DNA of 64,000 nucleotides from Podarcis melisellensis (taxonomy: Eukaryota): the NCBI GenBank assembly GCA_964234715.1, contig OZ174278.1; one strand, written 5' to 3'. A program made the position numbers and the translations under genes. Position 1 is the first letter of the stretch; every line of letters begins with the position of its first letter. Below the pieces are notes generated by a model. It was not told the origin of the DNA and searched no databases. It saw nothing but the letters and a program-made list of their open reading frames with translations. Shown one piece after another: positions 39,580 to 52,185 of this stretch.

Positions 39580-39722
39580 NNNNNNNNNNNNNNNNNNNNN
39601 NNNNNNNNNNNNNNNNNNNNNNNNNNNNNNNNNNNNNNNNNNNNNNNNNNNNNNNNNNNNNNNNNNNNNNNNNNNNNNNNNNNNNNNNNNNNNNNNNNNN
39701 NNNNNNNNNNNNNNNNNNNNNN
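39580..39722. other. assembly gap (143 N)
   Basis: run of N. Confidence 1.
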
Positions 39723-42395
39723 GCTCCTGGAACAGTTTCAGTGAGCTCCCATGCCACACAGAGGGAGGAGCAAAGAGAGGGAAGCATGTGAATTGCGAAT
39801 GTTCTTTAGTTTCCTTTTCCCTGGCGGTATGTTTTTCGGGATTCTCTCAGAAGTGTTGGCGGCTAAGTGAACATACAGAGGGTAATGTGCAAAGACAGTC
39901 CATGCTTGTGAGATGGGCGTTCTGATTGGACAGCTGTTTGCTCAGCACACTTGGGCCAAATCTAGCTCTCATTTGCACGTCTTTGGCTCCTGTTGATGCC
40001 AAGGGAGGAAGGATTTGGCCCATAGGTTCTGTCTTCAGCATCTGTGCTGGCCACTGTCTTGTCTCATAATTGCATGGAAATGGCCACTTTACAACTGGGA
40101 ATATTTCTGTTATTTACTTTCTCAGGAGGCTGCCTGTATTGGTGATAATTCATATGCATTCGTTGAACCTTCCTACCAGCTGTTTGGCATAGGATTTCTG
40201 AACGCTGCATTGGTTCATCTCTAAGAACTTACTTTTTCCAGTGTCTCCAATATGATTGTACTGAAAATGTTTTCAACTTAAAACATTTCTATTCCAGAAG
40301 TAAACTAGGTCATGTGAACAAGTACTGTTTTATGCCAACACAGCAGATCGTGCTCCATTCTAAATAGTTTGTAATGTTCTTTGACACTGTTCACTGCTCT
40401 GGAAAAAGTTGGTAAGGAATTCTTGGAAAGCTGACCAGCGTGCCATGGAGAGTGTTGTCTATCTGGTGAACACTGGCATGTTGCATGCGTCTTGCAATAT
40501 TTCATGCTATTTCTGGGTGATGCTGCTGCTAGCTAGATCATTTATGGCAGTAATAAACACCTCTACTAGAGAGGGGGAAATGTTTCCAAGCAACGTAACA
40601 AGTGGTATGCGCAAACAGCTGCTGACAATGGATGAGAGAGAGACTGAAGAGACAAAGATGAACTTAAATGTTATGCTGGTCTGAATCTAAATCTTTTTGC
40701 TGAGAAGAGATTGGATGACTGCAATGTACTTGGAACTTTCCAATCTCTTTTTAAGGTGAATTGAAAAATATCTTCAAGAAGGAGGAGCTGCCCAGTTTTT
40801 CTTTTCACTAAGCCTGGGGAGAAGGGGAGTTCTAACACTCATGTAATTATATTGCATTTCATGCCAAAGGTAATTATTTAACCTCTCATCACCTGATATC
40901 CTTTTATCACCTGATATCATGATGGCAGTAACTTTATTCTCAATTCCTTCTCTGGCTGCTGATCCCAATTCAGAGAGCTGGCATTGATGCTCAACTAGCA
41001 GAAATCTTTGTCTCTTCTCGCATACCGTCATGCTGTTTGCTCTCTGTTCGTCTCTGAATTTCCAACTTCCTGTTTCACAAGCTATTTAAAAATAATGAAT
41101 TCTTCCTAAAACTTTAAAAACTTGTGAACTGTAAGCAGGGAAGTGAGCAAATGTCCGTCCACCGTCTTATGTGTGTTTGGTTTTTTTTAATGTTTTATTT
41201 TTTTAAAACTAAGCTTGAACCAAAGTCAATTTCTAGCAAGCTGCTGTACTAATGGACTAGTTTGTATAAGTGCAGTTCAGATGCAGAGAGGTGATAGATG
41301 CTACTGACAATTTCTTTTCATTTTTTATTTTATATAAAAATTGCTGCTTGTTTTAATCTTTTTTGGGGGGTGGGGGTGGTCTTTTATATATCCTTGGGGC
41401 AGACAAAATCTCAACTTGATTATTATCTAATTTCCGTGGTTTGGTGTGTAAATAGAATGGCAATGGCAGATGGTTACTAATTCAACTGTTCCCACATCCT
41501 CCTTAGCAGTTTGGCTCAATCTATATACTGTGGTGTGACTGTCTCCATGATTTCAGTCTCAGTTTAAAAATATAGGGCTATGAATAATACTGTGTGTTAA
41601 GGTTTTAAGTGGCCCATAGCAACAGCTTGGAGCAGTCAAATGTATGAAAGGATGGCAGAGGAGAGACAGGTACCCACTATGTTGGTCTCAAGGCCATAGT
41701 GTTGACTAGTTTCTACCAAAGGAAATATCAATCCCATGGATTTTTTATTTTATTTTTTTTGTCCATTGAAATTAGATCTATGTAATTGTGTTTTTTGGCG
41801 CACACACATCCATACGTATATATTTTAATAGAGGAGATGGTGATGACTTCTGAACTGTGGCATTTATTTAGCTATGAATTTCAAACATCAAGGAGGAAAT
41901 AAGCCCTTCATATTTATGTACAAAAAATAAAGAGAACACAGCCCTGTAAATTGCCCCAAAACTCTCAAGGATTAAGAGAAGCTGTTTATTCAATTGACTG
42001 GCTGCCTCTTCTTGGGTTCACTGTTTGCAGTTAGAGGACATGATGAATCTGGAACACTAATGTCGCTCAGATGATGGCCATAAAAAATTTGCTGTAGTAT
42101 TCACAGTATTCACATATTGTTGGTGTGAGCACCTTTAATCTTTATTTCTCTTAGATTCATGCCACGGCCACACTACTAGCAGATTTCACAGCAGGTTCTG
42201 GTGAAAGAAACTGGAAGCTCAAAAAACATGCAGCTAAAATGCTTTGGTTGAATTGTATTCATCCTATTTTACATATTCCATTCCTCATATAGCTCATACC
42301 TAATGCATTTATGCTTGTTCCCAGCAGCACAGAGATACCAGGATCTGAATAGCTGTCACTATTTCGTGTTGATCTTGGCTATATATTTCACATGG

Positions 42396-42396
<1 letters not shown>

Positions 42397-42428
<32 letters not shown>
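42397..42428. repeat. (CA)n microsatellite
   Basis: direct reading of the sequence. Confidence 0.92.
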
Positions 42429-42431
<3 letters not shown>

Positions 42432-45192
42432 CTCTTCCCATTCTAGAGCAGCCAGCCCCAACCTGGTGCCCTCCAGAGAACCATTCCCATCAGTCCTAGC
42501 TGTTCTGGAAGAAAGGCTGTTCTAGAGAGATGGATAATCAGCTTCTGCAATACACACTTCAACAGAAAATCAGATCCAGATAATTGGAGAATCTGCCCTG
42601 GAACCTCACAGTTATAATACATTTCTCTTACCACAAAGTTACAAGGATAATCACAAAAGTCATGAACGTTCTGGTATAGTGAAAATTTTCTGGTCACTAC
42701 CAAGTGCAATTCCTGTAATCCAAAACAATGTGTGATACCTGTGTCCCTAATACCCAGTACTAACCATTCTTCCATTACTGCATTAGTTGAACAAATTAGT
42801 CCAGCATTCCAGTGTTCTAGAGATTGTTGATTTTATTTTCATTTTTTCAGTCATGGGTTATTAGGCTGTCATTTCATTTCACACAGTTTCAGATCTGTTT
42901 TGTGGGCCAAAGTCTGAAACGTTTGCTTGCAAACTTGAGAGATTTCAGTACACCTTTCATTACCAAAAAGGAAAGGAGTAGGTTAATCCTCATACCTGCA
43001 GTTTCCACAGTTGCAGGTTATTTAAGAAAATGGCAGAGTTCAGTCCGTGTCCCTTTCAGATGAGTTGGAATGTTTCTATTGATTTTAGAGAAGCCAGAGT
43101 GCCAGAACCTTATTGGGTGCAAATACTACTTCCTTGAAAGGTGTGAAAAATGGGGATATATTGAGCAGACAAACCATTGGCAGATGAGTTAAAACATCTA
43201 AGTTGTGTGCACTTAGGGCCAGTGTGGACACTTTCTGTTGTAGGAGAGTTGTTCTTCCAGCTGAATACATAGCTTATCATACTGATGGACAAACTCACAA
43301 GGTTCATAATTTCAAAGTAAAGTTGTTCTTCCACACCTTTCTGAATCTGCCCATATATACCAATTTGCACATTACATATTTCCATGTATGAGGCTCACAC
43401 ATACAAGTAATGTCTGAGTGTGCCCTTGCTTTGCAGTTCACTGTTTTGGGGGCAGAACGTTCATGTTTTTCAGACAGCGTGTGTAGATATATTTGACCGC
43501 TTCCTTTGTAAGGTTTGTGCTTATGAAGTGTTATAAATGTAAACTATGTGTCATACTCAACTGTGCTTTACCTAGAGTAGACCCATTGAAATTAATGGAC
43601 CTAATGTAGTCGTTGTCCTTAATTTCAGTGCATCTACTCTGCATAAAAATTAGTTGAGTACCACCCTATATCTCTACATTATTTTGCCATCTTGAGAATG
43701 TATAACTGCTCCATATATCTGCATCAGGGTTGGTGGATGGGAGGTTAACCAGTAATTCTGCAGGTCCAAGCAAGTCTTCCAGGCAGTCTACCATCTCAAC
43801 CTTCACTTGAGTGATAGATTGCTGAGACTGAAGAGCAAAGGCTGAGACAACGGTTATATAAGGTAGGGTGGAGTCTTATAGGCTCTTTAGGTCACCTTAT
43901 TATGACCATTTGTAGTGCCAGAGCAGCAGAGATCAGCCCCACTGTTCACTCTTCCTGCATGCTGCCCCAGTAGCACCGGCAGTAAGATGTCTGGGCCATG
44001 AATTAGTTTACCTTGGAGTTAAGCAAGCATGCCTAATGTAGGAATTGTCATTAACCCAGCACACTCAGGAGTACCAGTGCAGTGGATTACAACATATGAC
44101 AGAAATGAGATGGAGACAATTTCTCATAAAAGGGAGGATTTGAAAAGTTTTTGCTGTTTTTCCCACCTACCACCTAAATATGCATGCCACATGAATGTGA
44201 ATGGATGGTGGTCATTTAATGTCACTTCCCCTGATGTATAGAGTTGGATCAGATGTAATACTCCCAATATCTTAACCATGACTAAGGAAGGTGGGCTGCA
44301 GGATCCCTGCGTTCATGTTAACCATGGCTCAGGTGAGTGCCGGCACAGACATTAACCGTGTTTAAGGCTGACAGAAAGAGGGTAGGGAAATGGCAGTCCT
44401 ACAACCTGCTCTGCACTAAGTCTCTTCCTGCTCAGAAACATTACAGAGTTGCTTTACAATGACATATTTATGTGAGTTACAAGAACCCTGGTGCCTGAGC
44501 CTGTGTACAAACATGGCTAGGAAAAGCTACAAATGTGATGTTATAAAAATGGGTCGCTTGGCTGTCCTGTGATGGAAAAGCAGTTGTGAATGGTGAATCC
44601 ATGCTATATTTTAAAAATAACTCCTAAGCTTCAATTGCCAAGGAAAATATCTGATAGGTTAAGTTTAGTTTTATGTTGATCGTCATCTAAGACATTTTTA
44701 CTGGATAAGTTCAACCAAAGATGTTATTGATTGAAGTTATAAAGGAAGAACACAAGTACTTATTGCTGAATTTCCGGTGCCAGAAACCAGGCTTTAAGAG
44801 TCCATTGTTGCCTTATCTCCTTCCCTTCCCTATTTCAGTTGTATATTATGTGGGGTTAGGTTGGTAATATCATGCTTTAACTGTCTTTCTAATTGCTTTT
44901 CTAAAAACCTTGAAGAATGTAGGCTGCCCATTACAAGATAAAGCCTGTATTTTATTTGCTACCACACTGATGGCTTATTTCAGTTAGTGGATGTTGGGCT
45001 ATACTGCAGCCTAAGCAAAGACTGGCTCTGATGCAGTGTTTGGCACCTGAGGTGGAGGGTTCACGTGATTTTTGCATGGGGCATTTATTTATGTTCAGGA
45101 TCTGGTAGGAACTTTGTGAGACCGCATTCAAAATGAACATATTTGCATCAAATATTACATAGGAAGTATGAGCACTGAACAGATAACACATA

Positions 45193-45249
45193 GATTGATT
45201 GATTGATTGATTGATTGATTCATTCATTCATTCATTCATTCATTCATTC
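45193..45249. repeat. compound (GATT)n(CATT)n microsatellite
   Basis: direct reading of the sequence. Confidence 0.92.
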
Positions 45250-48200
45250 TTGTAAGTGATTAGATGTGGGAAAATATCACTCAAGTCTTGCTTTATGAAC
45301 TTTTCCCCAAATTTAAATGTAATCTTGCACTGGTTCCACTGTGGGGCCATACAGTTATGCTTGGGGTTTGAGCTGCAGGGGAAGTTAGCATCACAAGGAT
45401 GCAAAATCCACTAACTGACTTGATTAGTGTTTGGTATAATTAAAGCTTTTGCTATGGCCTTGTTGCTTTTGGAGACACACAAGTGTAGCAGCTATATTTA
45501 CCATACAAGTTCCTTTATTAACCTTTCAGATGACACTTTTGTTACGTAGAATTATTTAACAATATCTTATTGATGGCTATATTTTTCAGTAACATAATTT
45601 CTTGTAATAGAAGTGCACATTTAGGCAGATACATCATTTCAACATATTCATGCTGTTAATGACCTTTTTAAAAAACAACATCCCACGTAGAAGTCTCTCT
45701 TCTGCTTTGAACATGTAATCCTTTCTCTCTGACATTAGGAGTATGTTTATGCTCGATCTGTATGTGCCTACATGCACTTTTTAGAAGATGAATTCTAAAA
45801 GGGTTCTAGAGGTTCATAAATGTATATAGGTATAAACCATTATAGAGAAAACACTACCAAAGGAGAATCTGGCTGGCTGATTATGGTTATTCATCTCTAA
45901 CCAAAACTTCTCAGGACTCGTTAGCCAATTTTTTTACAAAGTTACAATCTAATGTTTTTTAAGCAATACACTCTTTTAAGACATTCACCTGCAAAGTTCT
46001 TGCTCCATGCAGTTATTAGGCCAAGTCGATCTTGCCAATAGGGAGCTTTCTATTGGCTTAAGTGATAAAAGTTGGCTGAGATCCCTGAGCTTCTTGAATG
46101 GACTTTGATGCCAAAGTCCATGCCCTGTATGAACAGCTTCAGAAAAAAAAAAGGAATGCACCTGGAACTAGTGCCAATTTACCCACAGTCTTCTTACTTT
46201 TGTGAGTGTTGTAGGATGGCGTACTGTCCAATTTGTAAACATTCACCCTCCCCAGTGTTGGCTTCACGTTGGGAAGGGCCCTTGAACAAGAGATCTTCCA
46301 TGGGTTCCTCCACCCTCCTCGGTCCCCCAGCAAATCTCCTTTATCACTGGAGCAGAACAAGGAGACTCTTGGCAGTAGAGGGCCTTGGACAGATGCCCAG
46401 CCATGCCAGTCCTCTCTGTCTTTTTCCTGTGTGCCCGAAACATTTTCAGATTACACAAATTTAATCAAAAGGCATTTGATTAATAGTCAATGGAAAAATG
46501 AAACCTATATTTCATTTCCACTTTTCTAGGGAGACTTCCAAAAGTTTAAAATTCTTAATACAGACATCTATATAGATTGTGAAAGAAAACTTGAGATATA
46601 TTGGACCTAGCATTGATTAGTTGCCGCAGCCTATCCCTAATACATTTCTGAATCGGTTTTGCAATGTTGAGTTCAGCCTCACTATCAACAGATCACATTA
46701 GTCTTTAATCCTCCTGGGATAATATGCAGGATAAGAGGTCTGTTCCACACATTTCACTTTCCTACATACAGATATAGCATCCTTTTAGGAAATTGCATCA
46801 TAATGTGCAGTGCCTGTTGCTATTTTATGCATAGACATTCTCTGTGAAGGCAAATTACAGTGTGTGAAGTGACTCTTGAGTCACACTGGAATTAAATTAG
46901 CTTTATTCTCGAGAGAAAGAAAGGTTGTAGTCACACTGCCTGACATTGCTTTACTGCTATGACCTTTACTGACCTTTGTCCAAACATGCGGCATACATGT
47001 AGTTGGACTGAATGTTGGCATGAAGCATGCCAAATGTTTTTGACCCTAAGGAGCAAAATGAAGGCTTCTCCTCTGACATAAATTAGGAGTCTCGTTCCAC
47101 CCCTTCTTGTCTCTCTTTCTGTAAGCAGGCATTGTTACAGGGTTGTAGGAACAATGCTTTTTGGTAGCAGCTGGCTTTCTGGCACCTTTTTTTTATTAAA
47201 AAAAATACCTCAGCATAGCTTTAGTATCATTTGCAGAATGGAAAATCGGCAGAGAGAAACTTTATAAATAATGGAAGTAATTCTAGTTGTAGAGTTTAGT
47301 TTTGAAGACCCTGACTTATGCTGTATGTATTTGCAGTTCTGTATTTAGGCTACAACTTTATAGGGTATGGGGTGGGGGAGGGAAGGAGAGAGAGTTAGCT
47401 GTGCTAGAAGGCAAATGTTGCTTGCAACGTCTTTTCCTACTTTGTCATTGGCTATCGTTGTCAACACGCTACATAACAGCAGACATAACTGAGCTGCTGT
47501 ATTGCTTCCAGGGTCCTTCTAGGTGTGCATGACCTCTGCCTCCCTGCTTTCTTTCTATTGGCAAACCAAGGGCCTTGGTGGGGATGTAAATATTGAGCAA
47601 GTTTGTGTGCTTGGAGGAGGGCATACAAGGAGATGAATTAGCAACCCATTTTAGTCCACGTAGTTGCACTAGGGCTGCAGCTGGGCCAAGACTTTTACAT
47701 TTGGAAAAGGAGGAGGATATTTGGGAGAACAAAGTGAAACAGTTATTTTTATCCCTGCTTGTCTTGTTATTGAATGTAGTATGTGGTAATTAATTTAATT
47801 TTCTAATAGCAATGCTAATTCTGTCTAGACCAAAAATAGCAGAAGAGAAACCAAACTAAATGCTAACCTGCTCCTAGTACCTAAGTATAGAGTACCTGAA
47901 AGAGATAAGATTCTATGATCAGACTTGAGGAGAAAAAAGGATATATTGGATGTGGGTTTCTTTTTATGGAAGGTGAGTCATTTTTCTCTCACAGCACATG
48001 GTTCAGATTTTGGATGGCATTTTGGGGAGACTTCATCTGCTTCCATCCTGACTCTGAAGCATCTCCTTTTTCTGATTGCTGAAAAATACAGAGTGTGTGT
48101 TTGTGCGAGGAAGTATATTTCCAGGGGTGGGAGAGGAAAACCTGAGCTTCAGCTGGAGGGGGAGAATTTCCAATGTTTTGATAGGAACCAAAGGTATACT

Positions 48201-49194
48201 GCTTAGTTTTTGGCAGCTCTGCTGTTTTCAGGATGTCTTCGGCAAAAAATTATGTGGTCTTAGAGGTTTGATTTGATGACTCTTGACTTAGAGAATCTCC
48301 TCATGTGTCGGTTTTCCTACCTTCTTAATGCACAGGGTTGGTTGGATACTTTTTCTGAGGACATGCTGGAGGCAAGTTCTATTCAGTACAGCACCCAAGA
48401 TCACAAGCAACTGTTGGGTGTAGGGAAAACTTGGTTTTATTCTTAAAATATCAAAACTTCATTGTCCTCTTAAATATCAGAATTGCATTGTCCTCTGTTT
48501 CACATCATTTCAGAAATCCTGTGGGTTTTCATAGTGGAAAACCTTGGAGACGTCTTTCTTTCCTCCCCAGAATAGCTTTGGGCATTGTCACATTACATGC
48601 TGTTGGCTTGATGAATTGCATCAATCAAGCCTGACGTGTTCATGTGTGAAGCAAGGGAGAAGGTAAATATATATTAGTTGTCCAGCTATTCTTCCTCCGG
48701 AAATCAGCTGGGTGCAGAACTTCCCTGGAAAGCTTTACTAATAGACTTATTGTTCTGACATTATGTAAAGTGGTATTAATATTGTGTGACTTTTCTAAGA
48801 GCTAGGTAGATTTATAAGTAGGTAATAGGGAAATGGAAAATGACTTCTCAAAGATAAGAGCACTTGGAACAAAAGATGTGGAAAACAAGGTGTGCTTTAA
48901 AAAGAAAACAAATCTGAGGAAGGAAATGAAACAACCAGTTGGGAGATGGGCTCGTGAGAGGAAGATCCTTAGTAGTATGAGGAAGGTTGGAATGTCTCCC
49001 CTCTTCTGCCTTATTTCTCTTTACCTCACTCAGGCGAAAATATGGGTTTAATAGTTTGTTGTCGGCTCTTTCCCCAAACATTTCTAAAACTCTGATCTTT
49101 GTTCTCACCAAAAATTCTCTCTTTACTTTTTACAATGTAGAACCCATCAAAATAAAAGCCTTCCTGAAGTATTTCTAGCAGAAATGTCTTTAAC

Positions 49195-49206
49195 CCACCA
49201 GGGGGC
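49195..49206 (+). promoter_or_regulatory. CTCF-like core motif
   Basis: CCACCAGGGGGC matches the CTCF core consensus; binding unverified. Confidence 0.45.
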
Positions 49207-50662
49207 TATAAGTGTAAATGCTGAATGTTTCTGGCAAGAGTACTACAGGAATAGTGGTAAATATTAAGGAGTACAGATCTGTGTCAAATTAATATTTGCA
49301 CAATTCAAGCCACCCACCCTGGCCAACAGCCTTTGGAACAAACACCTTTGGTCAGGGCTGGGGAGAAACTGTCACTTGTCCCATCTAATCCATGTTAGCA
49401 CATTGGCATTTTCGATCCAGTTTCTGTATTTGAATTTGAGGAAGAAGCCACAGCAGATACCCATAAACTGATTGGTAAGTTACTTCCATTTATTTGAACC
49501 TCCCTATAGGAAGATATAGGCTTTTCTCTAAAATCCAGGAGATAAGAGGTCAGGTGCAAGTGCATTTGAGAGCATCACGGGACTCCGGCCGTTTTGCACT
49601 CCCCTGGTCCCACCGTGTCGCTGTTCCATTTCCTTCTTCTGTGGTAGTGTCTAAGGCTAGGTGTGAGTAAGTGTCGGGTGTTTATCCGCCACAGGTACGG
49701 GAGCTGTCGTATACCTCATTTCTAACTCATAACTGAGTAACTTGCTTTAACTTTCTCCAAACCCTACAGAGTTGCCAAGACTGCCCTCCCTCCCTTGATT
49801 AACGTGGAACTCTGGCTTATAGCACCCTGTGACCTGCAACCTGGGGGGCAACCCCCTAAAGCCTCTGAATGTCGCTGCTTAAAAGCTACTGCAAACTGAG
49901 GGCAAATTGCAATCTTCTATTTCTTTTGGTTACCAGGGGTCCACTCGTAGTCTGTGAATATCCATCTCCACTCCCAATCTGTGCATGAAACCTCCATGCT
50001 GCCTTCTCCCTCCCCCTGGTGAGATGTCAGGGCTATAATGTACTGCAGGGTCAAGGCAGGACCCTGACGGCTCCTCTCAGCCAAGTGCTGCATGCATATT
50101 GCTCGCTACTTTTTAATTTTGTTTCTCTCATGCTCCTCCCATATTTAATTTCCTTCTTTTATTATTTGACAATCTTGTTCCTCCCCATCCCCGCCTCTAG
50201 GCTAACCAGAAGCTGCATCCCTGTCCCTTCTGCCATTTTACTTTGAATGTAGTTTTCCCACCCTTTGGAAAGAGAAGCTTTTCCAGGTCACGGTGCACTG
50301 CTATATGCCGAGGGGGGCGGTTTCTTTGTTTTGTTTTGTTCTTTTAGAAATTTCCAGCCAAAACCAAAGATTTCCTAATGATTGTATAAACTCAAAACAG
50401 ACAAACAAACAAACCAAAGACAAAAGGGGCGTCTTCAGCACCAATCATATCTCTTAAGATGGCGCGGTCCCATCCTGTGCTAACTTGCTTGGGAGACCAA
50501 GTTCTGTTTGACCTCCACAAATCCAAAGGCGCACAGCCATTGGGAGGGAGAGTTCAGTGGGGAAAAGTGATGGACTCCACAGATTGGTTGTGAAGCTGAA
50601 GACATTGGTGCATGACTGGCGGCTCTGGTGGGTGCTTTTAACCCTTTGGGAGCTGGGTGATA

Positions 50663-50731
50663 TTAATACACACTGAGGTGCACTTCTGAGCTCTCCCCCC
50701 CCCCCCCCGCCACTGCTTGGAAGAGGCTGTC
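50663..50731 (-). CDS. CD247: CD3-eta-like alternative terminal exon of CD247 (DSLFQAVAGGGGESSEVHLSVY*), antisense within the POU2F1 3' UTR
   Basis: Acceptor tttttttcagagattttgcacaacag then GAC; phase 0 fits exon 7. DSLFQAV resembles recalled mouse eta DSHFQAV. A shifted frame downstream reads STHQSRQSCTNVFSFTTNLWSP, against mouse STQQSSQSCASVFSIPTLWSP. Confidence 0.6.
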   Translation of the reverse strand, partial: DSLFQAVAGGGGESSEVHLSVY

Positions 50732-52131
50732 CTGTTGTGCAAAATCTCTGAAAAAAATGTTTTGTTTTTCTTTCTCTCCTCCCCCCACTTCTTTTTTGTT
50801 CTTTAATTATTTTTGCAGCACCACTGTGCAACTATGCATTGTATTTCTCAACCTTTTGTGCTAGGTAGGTAGATGCCTATGACTTTTTAAACTTTGGGGG
50901 AGGGGGGTTGCCAATGAAGGAACTTTTTACATGGATCTTTTAAATCTCAGTTGATTAGGGGGTGTTTGGTTCTAGGGTCATACAAGCTCTATCCCAAAGC
51001 AAAATCCAAATGTTAATAATATTAGCCTGATGCAGATACCAAAGATAATTTCTTTCCTGCAGAACCTTAGACTTGTGTATTAAGTACAATTACCCAGCAC
51101 TTGCATTAGTCTAACCTCAGTAATTCCAAAGCTTAGATGTATATTTTGGTATATTTCTGGGATATTAAAAATGTCGTTTAAATTCTTGTTTGTTTCAGTG
51201 TAATGCTCTTAAAGTCATAGCATGGAGATAACTGAATTGTCTTATTCTTAGTAGTTTGAAATAATAGTATTTTTGTATGTTTTGGGTGTGTCAATGTATG
51301 TATTAACACAACAGTTTTCACTGCCTAGGTGTTCATAATTGAGAAAAAGTGTACATAATCTGTGATTTCCACCAGATTGTCGATTTAGATTGCATTTTCT
51401 CTGATTGCCATTCCCAACAGGGAGATCTTTATTCCTTTTTTTTTTAAAGAGACAGCATGCTTATAACAGTGAGATTGTACTTTTGCCCTCCCATAAAGGT
51501 CCAGTTCCCTGAAAACATCGTCCTTTAATTTTGAAAGGTGAGGCAAGACTCAAAGTGTAGCAATTGAATAACTAAAAGCACGGATATTACTATGCTAGGA
51601 ATTTATGCTTTTTGTTTTTATAGTGGGGGGGAGGCATCTTGCCAAGAAAGCTATGGTTTGTGGAAATTGATTTATAAAATCCTGAGCTCTTCCTATGGCA
51701 AAAAAGAGATTTGTGTTGATTACAGAGCTTCCCTGTCGTCAACCATCAAGTTGGCTTATTTCTTCCTCAGGCCTGCTAATGTGGTCAATTGTACAGCTTA
51801 ATTTACATGAACACTTTGTATCTAACTGTGATAAATATATTAAGATACAATGCATTCTTGCCTAACTTTAAATTTGATAACTGTAAGGCCCTAATTTGAA
51901 ACTGTGTGTGTCTCCAAAATGGAGATGAAAAGGATGCTGTCTCTTTAAATATACCTTCTATTTTTTCCCTAGTGGCTGCCTACAGGTGGCTGTGGGCATT
52001 GAGAGAGACTGTGTAGATTATAGTGAATCAGGATGAAAATGGTAGATTTTGTGTAGATGCATTTGTCTGCTGTAATTTTTATATATATAAAACTTACTGT
52101 AACTGTACAGTTCATTTCTGTTGTAAACATC

Positions 52132-52185
52132 ATTAAACCATTTTTCCAAGTGTTTTAACATGCATGCACTGGTTTGTGGTTTTTG
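52132..52185 (+). terminator. putative distal poly(A) signal of POU2F1
   Basis: ATTAAA at 52132-52137, several upstream TGTA elements, downstream GU-rich tggtttgtggtttttg. Confidence 0.65.

Larger units (their letters stand above)
39147..52155 (+). other. POU2F1: probable very long (~13 kb) 3' UTR of POU2F1
   Basis: No further coding exons, few transposons compared with the introns, ends at a well-formed poly(A) site. Mammalian POU2F1 is known to have a very long 3' UTR. The extent is inferred. Confidence 0.65.

Noticed and set aside
39536-39925. ORFs spanning 39580-39722
   Set aside because: Artefacts of the N gap
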